A DNA stretch of 64,000 bases from an uncultured Thermoproteaceae archaeon (GTDB lineage: Archaea; Thermoproteota; Thermoprotei; Thermoproteales; Thermocladiaceae). The DNA is taken from NCBI GenBank assembly GCA_964575955.1, contig CAZNTG010000015.1, positions 1 through 64,000 on the forward strand, written 5' to 3'. Shown here piece by piece: positions 27,068 through 37,525 of the stretch. How positions within the stretch are numbered: the stretch's first letter is position 1; every line of letters starts with the position of its first letter. The position numbers and the translations under genes are program-made. The notes beneath the pieces are model-generated. The model made no database searches, was not told the DNA's origin, and was given only the letters and a program-made list of their open reading frames with translations.

Positions 27068-28184
27068 AGTAGAGTAGTAGTATAAGTCCTAGGATTATCG
27101 ATATTAGAAATATTGGAGTAGCATACTTATGGTAAGATTTCATAGAGATACCCGAGAGTCTAACAGCTATGAAATTCGCTAAAGAACCTATGACTGTACC
27201 AAGACCTGCAACATTAACTCCATACAACAATGCTATCAAAGTCCTATCCTTAATTGCTTGATTTATTAGGAGTATTGTTGAAGGAACATTGCTAACAAAT
27301 TGTGAAATTATTATCGAAAATAGGTATGTCCATGTAGGACTACGTATGATATTTGTAAATATGTTACATTTTCTTAAGATAAGTGCAATTTGTCCAAAAT
27401 CTGCAAACATGAGTATAAATAACAGAATTAGTAGATAGTCAACTTTCTTAAATACTCTATAATTAGCTAGAAGTATCGCAATAACTGTCACTAGTGTTGC
27501 AATTATGATCTTATTAAACTCTATCATAACTATGTCAAAGATTAGTAATATCGTAGATATAGTTGCAAGTTTTTTATCTATATCAACCTCAAATTTATAA
27601 AATCCCCTAGCATGCACATTTCTCTGACTTCTCAAGTATATGTAGATTATGGATAGTAAACTTATGGATAGTAGAAGTACTAGTGGTGCTGTTATTATGC
27701 AAAATTTTAAGAATGATATTTTACTAAATCTCCATATTATTATATTTTGAGGATTTCCTATTGGTGTTAATGTTGATCCTATATTTGCACTAGCTGCAAT
27801 ATCTATAACTATTATAGATTTATCAATTTCTAAAATATCTGCGATATATAGTGAGAGAGGTGTAAACATTATTACAGTACAGTCGTTCATTATAAACATT
27901 GCAGATATTGATGATAGTATTGTTAGCAGTATTATTACTAGCTTTCTATTATTTCTACATCTCTCTATTATATCTATAGCTACTTTTTGAAATAGTCTAG
28001 ATTCTTCAAAACTTCTTGAAAGTAGGATAAATATGAATATTGTTAATATTGTGTCTACATCTACTAATTTTGGTATTTTCTCTAAAAATCTTGGTATAGA
28101 TATCGCAAATATGATGAATATTATAGCTAGTATTATTAGAAATATCTCCTTTAGAATTAATCTCCTTATCTTATCCATTCTCAT
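27060..28184 (-). CDS. ArsB/SLC13-type anion permease
   Basis: FIMND, SANIGSTLTPIGNPQN, SQFVSNVP, GSLAN. Confidence 0.9.
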   Translation of the reverse strand: MRMDKIRRLILKEIFLIILAIIFIIFAISIPRFLEKIPKLVDVDTILTIFIFILLSRSFEESRLFQKVAIDIIERCRNNRKLVIILLTILSSISAMFIMNDCTVIMFTPLSLYIADILEIDKSIIVIDIAASANIGSTLTPIGNPQNIIIWRFSKISFLKFCIITAPLVLLLSISLLSIIYIYLRSQRNVHARGFYKFEVDIDKKLATISTILLIFDIVMIEFNKIIIATLVTVIAILLANYRVFKKVDYLLILLFILMFADFGQIALILRKCNIFTNIIRSPTWTYLFSIIISQFVSNVPSTILLINQAIKDRTLIALLYGVNVAGLGTVIGSLANFIAVRLSGISMKSYHKYATPIFLISIILGLILLLYSI

Positions 28185-28274
28185 CGCTAGATACTTCGTG
28201 TATATTTAGACACATCTAATTAACGATATCTAAAAGGGCAATCTTTAAAGAGGGTTTACATATCGTGAATTTAA

Positions 28275-28583
28275 ATGCCTAGAAAAGCTAGAATTAGAAT
28301 TTGGGGTACTGATCATAGAAAAGTTGAAGAGCTTGCTCGAGAGATAGTTGATATTGCTAAGAAGTGTGGTGTAAATGTGTCAGGTCCAATACCATTACCA
28401 ACACGTAGATTGATAGTTACTGTGAGAAGAGCTCCTAGTGGTCAGGGATATCACACATTTGATCATTGGGAACTTAGAATTCATAAGAGGTTGATAGATA
28501 TGGATGCTGATGAGAGAGCATTAAAACAACTTATGAGAATTAGAGTTCCTGAAGATGTTAAGATAGAGATAGAGCTAATTTAG
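28275..28583 (+). CDS. rps10: 30S ribosomal protein S10 (uS10)
   Basis: SGPIPLPT, RRAPSGQG, WELRIHKRLID. Confidence 0.98.
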   Translation: MPRKARIRIWGTDHRKVEELAREIVDIAKKCGVNVSGPIPLPTRRLIVTVRRAPSGQGYHTFDHWELRIHKRLIDMDADERALKQLMRIRVPEDVKIEIELI

Positions 28584-29602
28584 CGAGGTCTAACTTTCCT
28601 AAGCTTAATACCAACCATCTCAGAAATAGTTTGAACAACACTTCTCATAATCTTTCTCATCCAAACATCTTGACTTTTAGGAATAGCTGCAGCACCAGCC
28701 TTATCATGTCCACCACCCTGTCCATTAAACACGGTTGAAATCTTTCTACAGAGCTCAGCCATAGATATATTATTCAACTTTGTACGTGCAATAATTCTAA
28801 ATTCTTCATCATGTTCAGAAACTACTACAGCAATATCACATCCAGCATCTAAAAGAACTCTTGCAAGCGATGCTTCATGTGCACTTACATGACTGATACA
28901 TAATATATTATTATCAAATCTGTAAGCTTCCATCCTCATAATACCTTTAATTCTAGCCATCTTCTCATCAAAAGGTAACTCTCTACTGAATAATGCATTT
29001 ACAATATTTTCAAACTCTATATCAAACTTCTTCAATAGATTAGACAATATCTCAAATGTTGTAGCGTTAGCCTTAGAAAATCTTCTACTATCAATCAATA
29101 TTGCAGCTATTGAAAGTATTGCTAAATCTCTATCAACAATATCTACAAGTTCAGGAATTTCTCTATAAATTATCTCACATGTTGATGTAGCATATTTATC
29201 AGCAACTATGTGTAGATCTTTAACACCTATATTATCACTCCTGATAGAGTGATGATCTATCCACAAAACTCTCTTCACTCTATTTAAAACATTTGTAAAA
29301 TTTCCAATTTGAACTATAGAACTTACATCAACTATTATTAGAGTATCGAAATCTCTAATAACTAGTTTATTGAAATCATCAATATAAAACTCATCATAAT
29401 GTTTCATCTTCATTTTAGTTAAGAAATCTTTAACACTTTTAGATATTCCTTCAGGTATTGATATTATTATCTTACTAAGTCCTATACTTCTTAAATATCT
29501 ATATATGAGTATTGTTGATACAAATCCGTCGAGATCTGCATTTCTATGGGTTATTATTAGTGTTGGTTCTTGAGAATTGTTTAATAATTCTTTCAATCTC
29601 AT
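28580..29602 (-). CDS. DHH/DHHA1 phosphoesterase
   Basis: THRNADLDG, IVD, IDHH, GGGHDKAG. Confidence 0.92.
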   Translation of the reverse strand: MRLKELLNNSQEPTLIITHRNADLDGFVSTILIYRYLRSIGLSKIIISIPEGISKSVKDFLTKMKMKHYDEFYIDDFNKLVIRDFDTLIIVDVSSIVQIGNFTNVLNRVKRVLWIDHHSIRSDNIGVKDLHIVADKYATSTCEIIYREIPELVDIVDRDLAILSIAAILIDSRRFSKANATTFEILSNLLKKFDIEFENIVNALFSRELPFDEKMARIKGIMRMEAYRFDNNILCISHVSAHEASLARVLLDAGCDIAVVVSEHDEEFRIIARTKLNNISMAELCRKISTVFNGQGGGHDKAGAAAIPKSQDVWMRKIMRSVVQTISEMVGIKLRKVRPR

Positions 29603-29918
29603 CCTTACTTACCTTAAAATTTCTTTTTAATATGTGATTAATAACTTTATCAAGTATTTGAAAGCCATATTCAACAGCTGAATCTGCAACTTCTCTCAAC
29701 ATCTCATCTTTAACTAGTAGATCAGTCTCTATGTTTACATCTATCTCGAAGTTTAGTTTCTCATAATCGAGAATTCTAACTGTGACATCGATATCTCTAA
29801 TCCTCCTACCTTTCAATCTATCAATTATGTAGTCCACAACTTTTGAGGCTACTAGAGATGCTACATATCTGAGAAGTTCTTTACTATCCTCCTCCACCTC
29901 CACTTGGTGCTCCACCAC
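29544..29918 (-). CDS. Conserved archaeal protein (DUF3194-like); start uncertain
   Basis: DIDVTV...IDVNI...AVEYGF; sits between prefoldin beta and DHH, as is typical in archaea. Confidence 0.6.
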   Translation of the reverse strand: MVEHQVEVEEDSKELLRYVASLVASKVVDYIIDRLKGRRIRDIDVTVRILDYEKLNFEIDVNIETDLLVKDEMLREVADSAVEYGFQILDKVINHILKRNFKVSKDEIERIIKQFSRTNTNNNP

Positions 29919-30270
29919 CCATTCCTGACTGTCTTAATGCTTCACTAATTTTTGATCTCAATTCTTCAATCTGTTTTCTCAGTAGTGATTCTTGTCTTGA
30001 TAAGCTTGTTAAATTTAGTTTTAGAAGCTCTTCTCTCTCTTTCAACTCATTTAATGCTTGTTCTTTAGTTACTGATATCAGATATGTTCCAACTATTTTA
30101 AATATTCTAGCATCTTGAGGAATTTTTTCAATCTCACTTATAGTTCTTTCAATCTCCTTAATCTCATTCTCAACTTGCTGTTTTAAGACTAGGACATTTT
30201 GAAGTTGTGCCTGTAACATCTGTAGTTTCTCTATGTCAGCTTGTAGAGATGGTGGTACAGTCCCACTCAT
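29884..30270 (-). CDS. pfdB: Prefoldin beta subunit
   Basis: Coiled coil, IFKIVGTYLI hairpin, Gly-rich tail. Confidence 0.92.
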   Translation of the reverse strand: MSGTVPPSLQADIEKLQMLQAQLQNVLVLKQQVENEIKEIERTISEIEKIPQDARIFKIVGTYLISVTKEQALNELKEREELLKLNLTSLSRQESLLRKQIEELRSKISEALRQSGMGGGAPSGGGGG

Positions 30271-30307
30271 AGTACTATGCTACTTTAACAATCTACTATT
30301 TATTTAT

Positions 30308-30583
30308 TTACTCAAGTTCTCCAAACTCTATGAGATAGGTCAAGTATAGACATTTTAGTAGACCGTTAATCACACTTCTAAGACTTGTAATATCTCTACC
30401 ATATCCAGTAATTACTAGTCTACTTCCTGATAGTTCAATACTACATCTACCTCTATGAAATTTTAATTCTTTTTCAAGAGGTTTCAAACTTCTATATAGG
30501 TTATGTATATGTTCTTCAGAATCTTCTAAAATAATTTCAATCTTATTACTCCAATAATCTTCAGCTATCGTTCCCTTCTTCAT
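30308..30583 (-). CDS. pcc1: KEOPS subunit Pcc1
   Basis: LYRSLKP...DITSLRSVINGLL; upstream of prefoldin beta. Confidence 0.75.
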   Translation of the reverse strand: MKKGTIAEDYWSNKIEIILEDSEEHIHNLYRSLKPLEKELKFHRGRCSIELSGSRLVITGYGRDITSLRSVINGLLKCLYLTYLIEFGELE

Positions 30584-31537
30584 CTATCTGTCCCCGTGTA
30601 GGGTCATCACAGACTTCTGAAGTATTGAACATAATTTATCTGCTAAAAGTCTTGCTATTCTTCTCCTAGCTTCATATGTTTCAGACCCTATGTGTGGTGT
30701 TATTATTACTCTAGGATGTTTAACAAGCTCAATCTCCCACTCTTCTTTTGGAGGTTCATTTTCTAAGACATCTAGAGCAGCTACACTTATCTTTCCACTT
30801 TTCAATGCTTCTAATAGTGCTTTAGTGTCTACAATCTCTCCTCTACTAGTATTTATGAATATTACACCATCCTTCATCATGTCAAACTCTCTCTTTGAAA
30901 TCATGTGGTATGTAGATTTTGTTAATGGTACATGTAGTGAAATTATGTCACATTTTGGTAATAGTTCTTCTAGACTGCTTGCAAGCTCTATTTTCAATCT
31001 CTCAGCTTTCTCTCTAACATCTGCAATATCGTACGCAATTATGTGCATACCTATAACTTTAGCAATTTCCGCAACTCTAGTACCAATTCTACCTAATCCA
31101 ATAATACCTAAAGTCTTACCTTGAAGTTCAAAACCTACATATTTTCCCTTTGGCCATTGACCATCTTTTACAAGTCTATCAAATAGTGTTATGTATCTAG
31201 CAGCTGCTATCATTAGACCGATAGTTAGCTCTGCAACAGATTCTGTAGGTCCTTCAGGTGTGTTTATAACTTCAATTCCTCTAGACCTCGCATATTCAAC
31301 ATCAATATTGTCAAGTCCAACACCTGCTCTAGCTATTACTTTCAAATTCTTACCTTCATCAATAACCTTTCTATCAACCTTAGTTCTACTTCTAACAACT
31401 AGAACTTCATAATTTTTAACAATATTCAACAACTCATCTCTAGATATTCCAGGTCTATAGTCAACATTAAAACCTCTACTAGTCAACTCACTTATCAAAT
31501 CTTCATCTACAGTATCCGTTATCAAGATTCGAACCAT
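30584..31537 (-). CDS. serA: D-3-phosphoglycerate dehydrogenase / D-2-hydroxyacid dehydrogenase
   Basis: RAGVGLDNID, GIIGLGRIG, NTSRG, LDVLENEP, TPHIG. Confidence 0.82.
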   Translation of the reverse strand: MVRILITDTVDEDLISELTSRGFNVDYRPGISRDELLNIVKNYEVLVVRSRTKVDRKVIDEGKNLKVIARAGVGLDNIDVEYARSRGIEVINTPEGPTESVAELTIGLMIAAARYITLFDRLVKDGQWPKGKYVGFELQGKTLGIIGLGRIGTRVAEIAKVIGMHIIAYDIADVREKAERLKIELASSLEELLPKCDIISLHVPLTKSTYHMISKREFDMMKDGVIFINTSRGEIVDTKALLEALKSGKISVAALDVLENEPPKEEWEIELVKHPRVIITPHIGSETYEARRRIARLLADKLCSILQKSVMTLHGDR

Positions 31538-31674
31538 TGTGTACTTTAGTAACTATATCAGAACTAATTTAAGAGTTTTAACTATAGTATACACATACTA
31601 TACTTCTCTAATACCTACCTGTGCAGAGGAACAAGACTAATAAGACTGGTATACTATAATACGTTCAGGTACAC

Positions 31675-32349
31675 ATGCCTGAGAGAGTAGTGATCAGGGG
31701 GAGACCAGAAGATTTAGAAAAGGCAGCTACAGAAGAGGCAATTGAGAGAGGTGAAGCTAGGTCAGTAGTTGAGGAAGTTGAAGGTAGGAAAGTTCTACGT
31801 ATTAGATGGATTACAGGTAAGACATCTGCAGGTAGATTATTTGGAAGGTATGGTAAAGAGGGAAGACCAGACTTCTTCAGACTACTCTTTGGAGCAATTG
31901 CAGGAAGTTTGAAAGAGCAGTTTGGTGAGAAGGGTGATGAAATGTTTAATAAATTGAGAGAGTCTAAAGAGTTTAAGGAAAGTCTTTCAAGACTATTTGA
32001 AGAGATGAAGAGCTGGTTCTTTAATGATATTGTGCCAAAATATGGTATTGAACCTGGAGATATATTTGTAATAACTGCAGAACTAGAAGTTGATCTAGAC
32101 ACAGGACGTATTGAGTGGAATAGAGATAAGACAAGTATAATATACTGGATTAGAAGTGATAAATTACAAGAGAAGTGTAAAGAGATTGTACAGCCAAGTG
32201 AAGAGGTTGAAAAGCTCAAAAAGGCATTAGAAGAGAAAGAAAGAGAGTTAGAACAACTTAGAAGAGAGTTGGAGGAGTTGAAGAAGAAGCTTGCAGCTAA
32301 AAAGAAGACAAAGAAGAAAGAGAAAGAAGAGAGTGAAGAAGAGGAGTAA
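31675..32349 (+). CDS. ThermoDBP single-stranded DNA-binding protein (Thermoproteales-type)
   Basis: IRWITGKTSAGRLFGRYG..GRPDFF.LLFGA.AGSL.EQFG...WNRDKT..IYWIRSD matches the recalled Thermoproteus tenax ThermoDBP; C-terminal leucine zipper and charged tail. Confidence 0.9.
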   Translation: MPERVVIRGRPEDLEKAATEEAIERGEARSVVEEVEGRKVLRIRWITGKTSAGRLFGRYGKEGRPDFFRLLFGAIAGSLKEQFGEKGDEMFNKLRESKEFKESLSRLFEEMKSWFFNDIVPKYGIEPGDIFVITAELEVDLDTGRIEWNRDKTSIIYWIRSDKLQEKCKEIVQPSEEVEKLKKALEEKERELEQLRRELEELKKKLAAKKKTKKKEKEESEEEE

Positions 32350-32398
32350 TAAAACGTTAAAATTTAGACAAATCCAAAGATGAGATGAGAGATCAAAC

Positions 32399-33265
32399 AT
32401 GGCTGAGAAACCTGTAGCTAAACCAATATCTTTTGAAGAAATTAAGAAGAGAGTTCAAGAATCTATACGAGATATAAAAGTCAAGATAGCTGTAATATCT
32501 GGAAAAGGTGGTGTTGGTAAGAGTTTCGTATCTGCATCAATAGCAGTAGGATTTGCACTTAGAGGATTTAGAGTTGGTGTAATTGATGCAGACGTCTATG
32601 GACCAACAATACCGAAGATGTTAGGTGTTTCAAGACCTAGAGAACTACTTGTAGATCAGACTGTTGAGAAGATAATACCACCACACGGTCCTCTAGGCAT
32701 TAAAGTTATGTCAACAGAATTCTTACTTCCAAGTGAGGAAACACCTGTAATATGGAGAGGACCACTAGTAGCGAGATTGCTAGAAGAGTTCTTTACTAGA
32801 GTATATTGGGGTGGTACTGATGTTCTAGTTATAGATCTACCTCCAGGTACTGGTGATGAACCATTAACAATCGCTCAACTACTTGCAGAACAGCTTGATG
32901 GTACTGTCATAGTTACAATACCTAGTGAAATATCGAAGAGAATTGTTAGAAAGGCTATAGAATTTGCAAGACGTGTAGAAGTTCCAATTATTGGACTTGT
33001 AGAAAATATGAGTTACTTCTACTGTCCAAAATGTGGAGAGAAGTATTACATATTTGGTAAAGAGATAGGTAAGATACTTGCTGAAGAGGCAGGTATACCA
33101 TTCCTAGGATCAATACCTCTAGATCCTAGAATTAGTGAAGCAAATGACTCAGGTATACCATTCATATTGAAATATCCTGATTCAGAAGCTACAAAGGCAA
33201 TACTAGACATAGTTGACAAACTACTAGACAAGTTTATGCCAAAACTCACAGGTAGACAAGGATAG
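32399..33265 (+). CDS. mrp: Mrp/ApbC/Nbp35 Fe-S cluster carrier ATPase
   Basis: SGKGGVGKS, DADVYGP, VIWRGP, DLPPGTGD, ENMS..CPKC. Confidence 0.94.
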   Translation: MAEKPVAKPISFEEIKKRVQESIRDIKVKIAVISGKGGVGKSFVSASIAVGFALRGFRVGVIDADVYGPTIPKMLGVSRPRELLVDQTVEKIIPPHGPLGIKVMSTEFLLPSEETPVIWRGPLVARLLEEFFTRVYWGGTDVLVIDLPPGTGDEPLTIAQLLAEQLDGTVIVTIPSEISKRIVRKAIEFARRVEVPIIGLVENMSYFYCPKCGEKYYIFGKEIGKILAEEAGIPFLGSIPLDPRISEANDSGIPFILKYPDSEATKAILDIVDKLLDKFMPKLTGRQG

Positions 33266-33302
33266 AGAAATCTTATAAATTTACAAAGAAGAACTCAGCA
33301 TA

Positions 33303-34613
33303 GTGTCATCATTAGAAGACTCATCACTAATAGGCAAAGTTGGAGAAATATTAGACATAGTTAGGCAGCATAATGTGTGGAGAAGATTTGAAACAATAAA
33401 CTTGATTGCAAGTGAAAATGTTATGTCACCACTAGCCGAGTATGTGTATCTTAACGATATGATGGGTAGATATGCAGAAGGACCAACAGGTGCAAAATTG
33501 TATCAAGGTACTAAGTATATGGATATTCTTGAAAGAATTTGTGAAGAACTACTTTCAAAATTATTCAACTCTAAGTTTGTAGATATTAGACCAGTATCAG
33601 GAACTGTAGCTAACATAGCTGCACTATACGCCGTCACTGAGGCTGGTGATCTTGTTGCATCACTTCCAATATCTGCAGGTGCACATATAAGTCATAGAAA
33701 GGTTGGTGCTGTAGGTGTATTAAGATTAAAAACTGTAGATCTACCATGGAATTCTGAAATATTTAATATAGATGTTGATAAGGCAGTTAAAATAATTGAA
33801 GAATATAAACCAAAAGTAGTAATTCTTGGAGGATCTGTATACCTATTTCCACATCCAATAAAGGAGATTAGTGATGCTGCACATAGCGTTAATGCAGTTG
33901 TAATACATGATTCAGCACACGTACTTGGACTAATAGCAGGTAGAGTATTTCCAAATCCACTAGAACATGGATGTGATATAATGACAGCAAGTACACACAA
34001 GACATTTCCAGGACCGCAGGGTGGTGTAATATTTACAAATAATGAAGAACTCTCGAAGAAAATTGAAAATGCTGTATTTCCAGGAGTAACATCAAACTAT
34101 CATCAACATAGATATCCATCACTTGCAATAACAACCATAGAAATGATGATATTTGGAGAACAATATGCAAAACAGATAGTTAAAAATGCTAAAAGACTAG
34201 CAGAAGCACTATATGAGAGAGGATTTAAAGTATTGGGTGAAAATCTTGGATTTACACAAAGTCATCAAGTATTGATAGATGTTAGAGATCTTGGAGGTGG
34301 TGAGAAATGTGCAAAATTGCTAGAGGAAGCAAACATAATAGTAAATAAGAATATGCTACCAGGAGATAAGAATCCACAAAATCCAAGTGGTATACGCATA
34401 GGTGTTCAAGAAGTTACAAGATGGGGATTTAAAGAGGAAGATATGGAAGTTATTGCAGAATTTATGACAGACATATTAATAAGAGGTAAAGATCCAAAGA
34501 CAATTAGACATAAAGTTGTAGAATTTAGAAAGAGATTTAGAGAAGTTAAATATGGATTCTCAATAAAAGACTTCAATGTAGATAAATGCAGTATAATAGA
34601 TCTATTGAAGTAG
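33303..34613 (+). CDS. glyA: Serine hydroxymethyltransferase
   Basis: NLIASEN, RYAEG, DSAHVLGL, STHKTFPGPQGG, SGIRIG. Confidence 0.96.
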   Translation: MSSLEDSSLIGKVGEILDIVRQHNVWRRFETINLIASENVMSPLAEYVYLNDMMGRYAEGPTGAKLYQGTKYMDILERICEELLSKLFNSKFVDIRPVSGTVANIAALYAVTEAGDLVASLPISAGAHISHRKVGAVGVLRLKTVDLPWNSEIFNIDVDKAVKIIEEYKPKVVILGGSVYLFPHPIKEISDAAHSVNAVVIHDSAHVLGLIAGRVFPNPLEHGCDIMTASTHKTFPGPQGGVIFTNNEELSKKIENAVFPGVTSNYHQHRYPSLAITTIEMMIFGEQYAKQIVKNAKRLAEALYERGFKVLGENLGFTQSHQVLIDVRDLGGGEKCAKLLEEANIIVNKNMLPGDKNPQNPSGIRIGVQEVTRWGFKEEDMEVIAEFMTDILIRGKDPKTIRHKVVEFRKRFREVKYGFSIKDFNVDKCSIIDLLK

Positions 34614-34666
34614 TGAAGTACAGGAATGTGATAACTTTAAAATAGTAGATAACTCTCAAATACGTA

Positions 34667-35279
34667 ATGAGAAAAATATTGATAATACTAATAGCTTCAA
34701 TACTTACATTAATTACAGTAATCTTAGCTATTCAATTCATATTGAGTAAGCCTATAATAATTATTAAAGGAATATACAAACCAAAGACAAATGTTGAAGT
34801 ATTTCAATGTAGATTTAATATTGGTGAAATATCTCCAGGCTATCTCTATAAAAAGGTTTGCATGTAGAAGATCTATACAGTCAGACAATGGTTATTATGC
34901 TATTAAGTTTAATGTGGAATCTATAAATCTCTTATTTAGTAATGATACAAATTTCACAATAGGAATTACTGATAAGTATGGAAATCTATATGCTGAATAT
35001 ATATGCCATCCTGATAGTGTAGTGTATACACTCTGTATATCGTCAAACAATACTACATGCCTTATTGAATATTTCAGATGTAGACCTACAATATGTGGAA
35101 TTGAGAGAGTGTGTATAAATTCTAGCTGTGAAGTTCCTGAAAATTCATGTATATTACCATCAGGTGTGTATAATGTACATGTTGATGTTAATGGATATGT
35201 AGAACATTACTACAATGTGAGCATCATTTTCAAGATATTTATCAATGCTACCATATATAGTGTTAGAACATCTCGATAA
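34667..35279 (+). pseudogene. Secreted Cys-rich protein split by a frameshift near 34845-34860
   Basis: ORF 34667..34867 has the signal/TM anchor and stops; overlapping +1 frame ORF continues to 35279. Confidence 0.55.
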
Positions 35280-35321
35280 TACTCTAGTTTAATTCAAAAT
35301 AGTTAAACATTTCCTATTTTT

Positions 35322-35852
35322 GTGTCTAGTAGAGTCTTAAGGAGAATTTTGAAGACTATAGCCATACTTCTTGGAGATGATGAAGGTCTATACATATGTA
35401 TGCCATCATCATTAGTACATAAGGTATTTGAGAAGATGAATATAGTTTCAAGGGAAGGAGAATTGTTAGATCTTGTAAATGAGGGTTGTGTTAAAGTTCA
35501 GAAGTTTGGTAGAGGTTCTAGACTATGTGTTCGTAAGGATGATGAACTTGTAAAAATTAGAGATTTCATATTTGAACCTGAGGTATCTAAGATAAGTTTA
35601 GATGAATTTGAAAAACTCTTCGATGAAACATTAATAAAACTTAGGAATAGTTCAGTTACAGGTTTTGTAGATCTTGGAAAAGTTAGAGATTTCATGATGC
35701 GTAACTATGGAATACCTGAAGACTTATTCATAAACTATGCAACTAAGTTAATATCTTCTAAGAAGTGGAAATATGCTACATGTCATGGAGGTAGTCTAAG
35801 ACTTAAGATTTGTGGTGTACAGGTAGGTCTTGTAAAGTTGGTGAGAAGATGA
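35322..35852 (+). CDS. Hypothetical protein, wHTH-like domains
   Basis: 176 aa; C-term GFVDLGKVRDF...GIPEDLF; stop overlaps next start (ATGA). Confidence 0.6.
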   Translation: MSSRVLRRILKTIAILLGDDEGLYICMPSSLVHKVFEKMNIVSREGELLDLVNEGCVKVQKFGRGSRLCVRKDDELVKIRDFIFEPEVSKISLDEFEKLFDETLIKLRNSSVTGFVDLGKVRDFMMRNYGIPEDLFINYATKLISSKKWKYATCHGGSLRLKICGVQVGLVKLVRR

Positions 35853-36688
35853 GACATCTAATAGCATCAACTAGACATGTAGGACAGATTGTTGGTAGAA
35901 GATGGCAAGAGGCTAGAGAATTAGCGTTGAAATATATTAGACAGGGAAGACCTATAGTAGCAATTGTTGGTAGAGCTGGCTGTGGAAAAACTCACATAAT
36001 GTTGAGCATCTATGAAGAATTGAAGGATTACGTGAGATCTTTCATAGATACAACAACTCTAGAAAATAGAACATTAAGTACCATAGTTAGTGCAGTTGCA
36101 TCAACACAAACAATAATAAATCTTGTAAAATATGCAAAATGTTCTAGAGGAGATGAATATTGTAAAAGACTTAGAGAACTACTATCATCAGGAATACACA
36201 ACTTCATAGAATATTCAAAAAGATGGCCAATAGAATTTCTAAAGGATTTAACAAGACTAGCACAATCTAGAGGATATAGAGGACTTATAATATTCATAGA
36301 TGAAGGAGCAATATCTAGTGATGATCCACAAATAACACAGTATGTGAGAACACTACACGCATTTAGAAATCTATGCTCACAGATAGAAGGACTACACATA
36401 GTATTTAGCATACTTCCAGACGTGTTAGAGTATATAGCTAAGATAGATGTACCACTAATGGACATATTGAGAACAGGACTAGTATACCTACCTGACTATG
36501 TTGAAAAAGAAGAAATTGAAGAATTAGCAAAAATATACCCAACAAAGCAAGAATGTCTAAATAAGATACTTGAAAACTATGACACACTACCACCACTAAC
36601 AGTAAGACAAGCAATATGTCTACTACAGGAATGTGAAAATCCAACAATATGTGGAATAGAGGAAAGCCTAGAAGTAAAAGTTGAATAG
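35849..36688 (+). CDS. P-loop (AAA-like) ATPase
   Basis: Walker A GRAGCGKT, Walker B LIIFIDE; ATG 35849. Confidence 0.82.
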   Translation: MRHLIASTRHVGQIVGRRWQEARELALKYIRQGRPIVAIVGRAGCGKTHIMLSIYEELKDYVRSFIDTTTLENRTLSTIVSAVASTQTIINLVKYAKCSRGDEYCKRLRELLSSGIHNFIEYSKRWPIEFLKDLTRLAQSRGYRGLIIFIDEGAISSDDPQITQYVRTLHAFRNLCSQIEGLHIVFSILPDVLEYIAKIDVPLMDILRTGLVYLPDYVEKEEIEELAKIYPTKQECLNKILENYDTLPPLTVRQAICLLQECENPTICGIEESLEVKVE

Positions 36689-36725
36689 AGAAAACAATTA
36701 AAACATAGAGAAAAAACAAGAACAG

Positions 36726-36941
36726 AGCGGTACTCCGCGGACAGGCAAATAGCCGGACACCACCGGCGACGGGGTGTCCGAGGAAACTCCCCCACCGTGC
36801 CGCGGGCCCGTGGGGGTAACCCCGATATATGCGGGCGGTGGCTCAAATAAGGGCCGATGAACTACCGCGGGGGGATGGCCCGGGTAGAGCCTGAGAGGAA
36901 TGTTACAGAAGGGGGGTTATGCCTGTCCGCGGAGTACCGCT
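36726..36941 (+). ncRNA. rnpB: RNase P RNA, minimal type T-like (~216 nt)
   Basis: GC-rich island; 22-bp terminal helix; CR-I GAGGAAACTCCCCC and CR-V ACAGAAGGGGGGTTAT form P4; too short to hold an S-domain. Confidence 0.92.
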
Positions 36942-36947
36942 GTCTAT

Positions 36948-37508
36948 TTATATCTTCTTCCAGTGTATTACTGTTCTAATCTTCTCTATACATCTCGTAC
37001 AGTATTTTGCTTCTTTTAGATCTACCTCAATTATTGTGTTTGAGAATGACATTACACATCTCTTATCTATACAATGTTCTAGACATAGTGTATGTCCTAG
37101 TTCATGTAGAATCTCCTTCTTCAATCTTTCATAGAATAGATGTTCAACATCTTGATGTGGATAGTATGTTTGTTTTAATCTCTTTGTAAATACTATTGCA
37201 ATATTTCCACACATCTCAGCAATTCCAAATATGAAGTTTAGTCCAGGTACATAACCATCATGATCAACAACTATAACATACTTTTCAGAGAAATTTTCAG
37301 GATTTATACTACTTCTCAAGAAGTTTAATAGTTCTTCACCATTTATCTGATTTCTAGACTTGTTATAGAATTCTAATGCTAAATCTTCAATATTTTCATT
37401 AATTATAAAACTTACCTCAGTGCTAACTATACTATTCAATAATTCATCAATATATTCAATAACTACCTCAGGTATTGATATGTGTGAAATAACGTTTATA
37501 CGTAGCAT
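36948..37508 (-). CDS. amzA: Archaemetzincin zinc metalloprotease
   Basis: GLNFIFG, HELGHTLCLEHC...CVMSFS...CTRC. Confidence 0.92.
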   Translation of the reverse strand: MLRINVISHISIPEVVIEYIDELLNSIVSTEVSFIINENIEDLALEFYNKSRNQINGEELLNFLRSSINPENFSEKYVIVVDHDGYVPGLNFIFGIAEMCGNIAIVFTKRLKQTYYPHQDVEHLFYERLKKEILHELGHTLCLEHCIDKRCVMSFSNTIIEVDLKEAKYCTRCIEKIRTVIHWKKI

Positions 37509-37525
37509 AGCTATACTTGATGTAG

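Noticed and set aside
36726-36941. SRP RNA, MITE/IS with terminal inverted repeats, or ORFs 36577..36846 and 36919..37134
   Set aside because: CR-I/CR-V motifs identify RNase P RNA; the inverted repeat is helix P1; the ORFs are by-products of high GC
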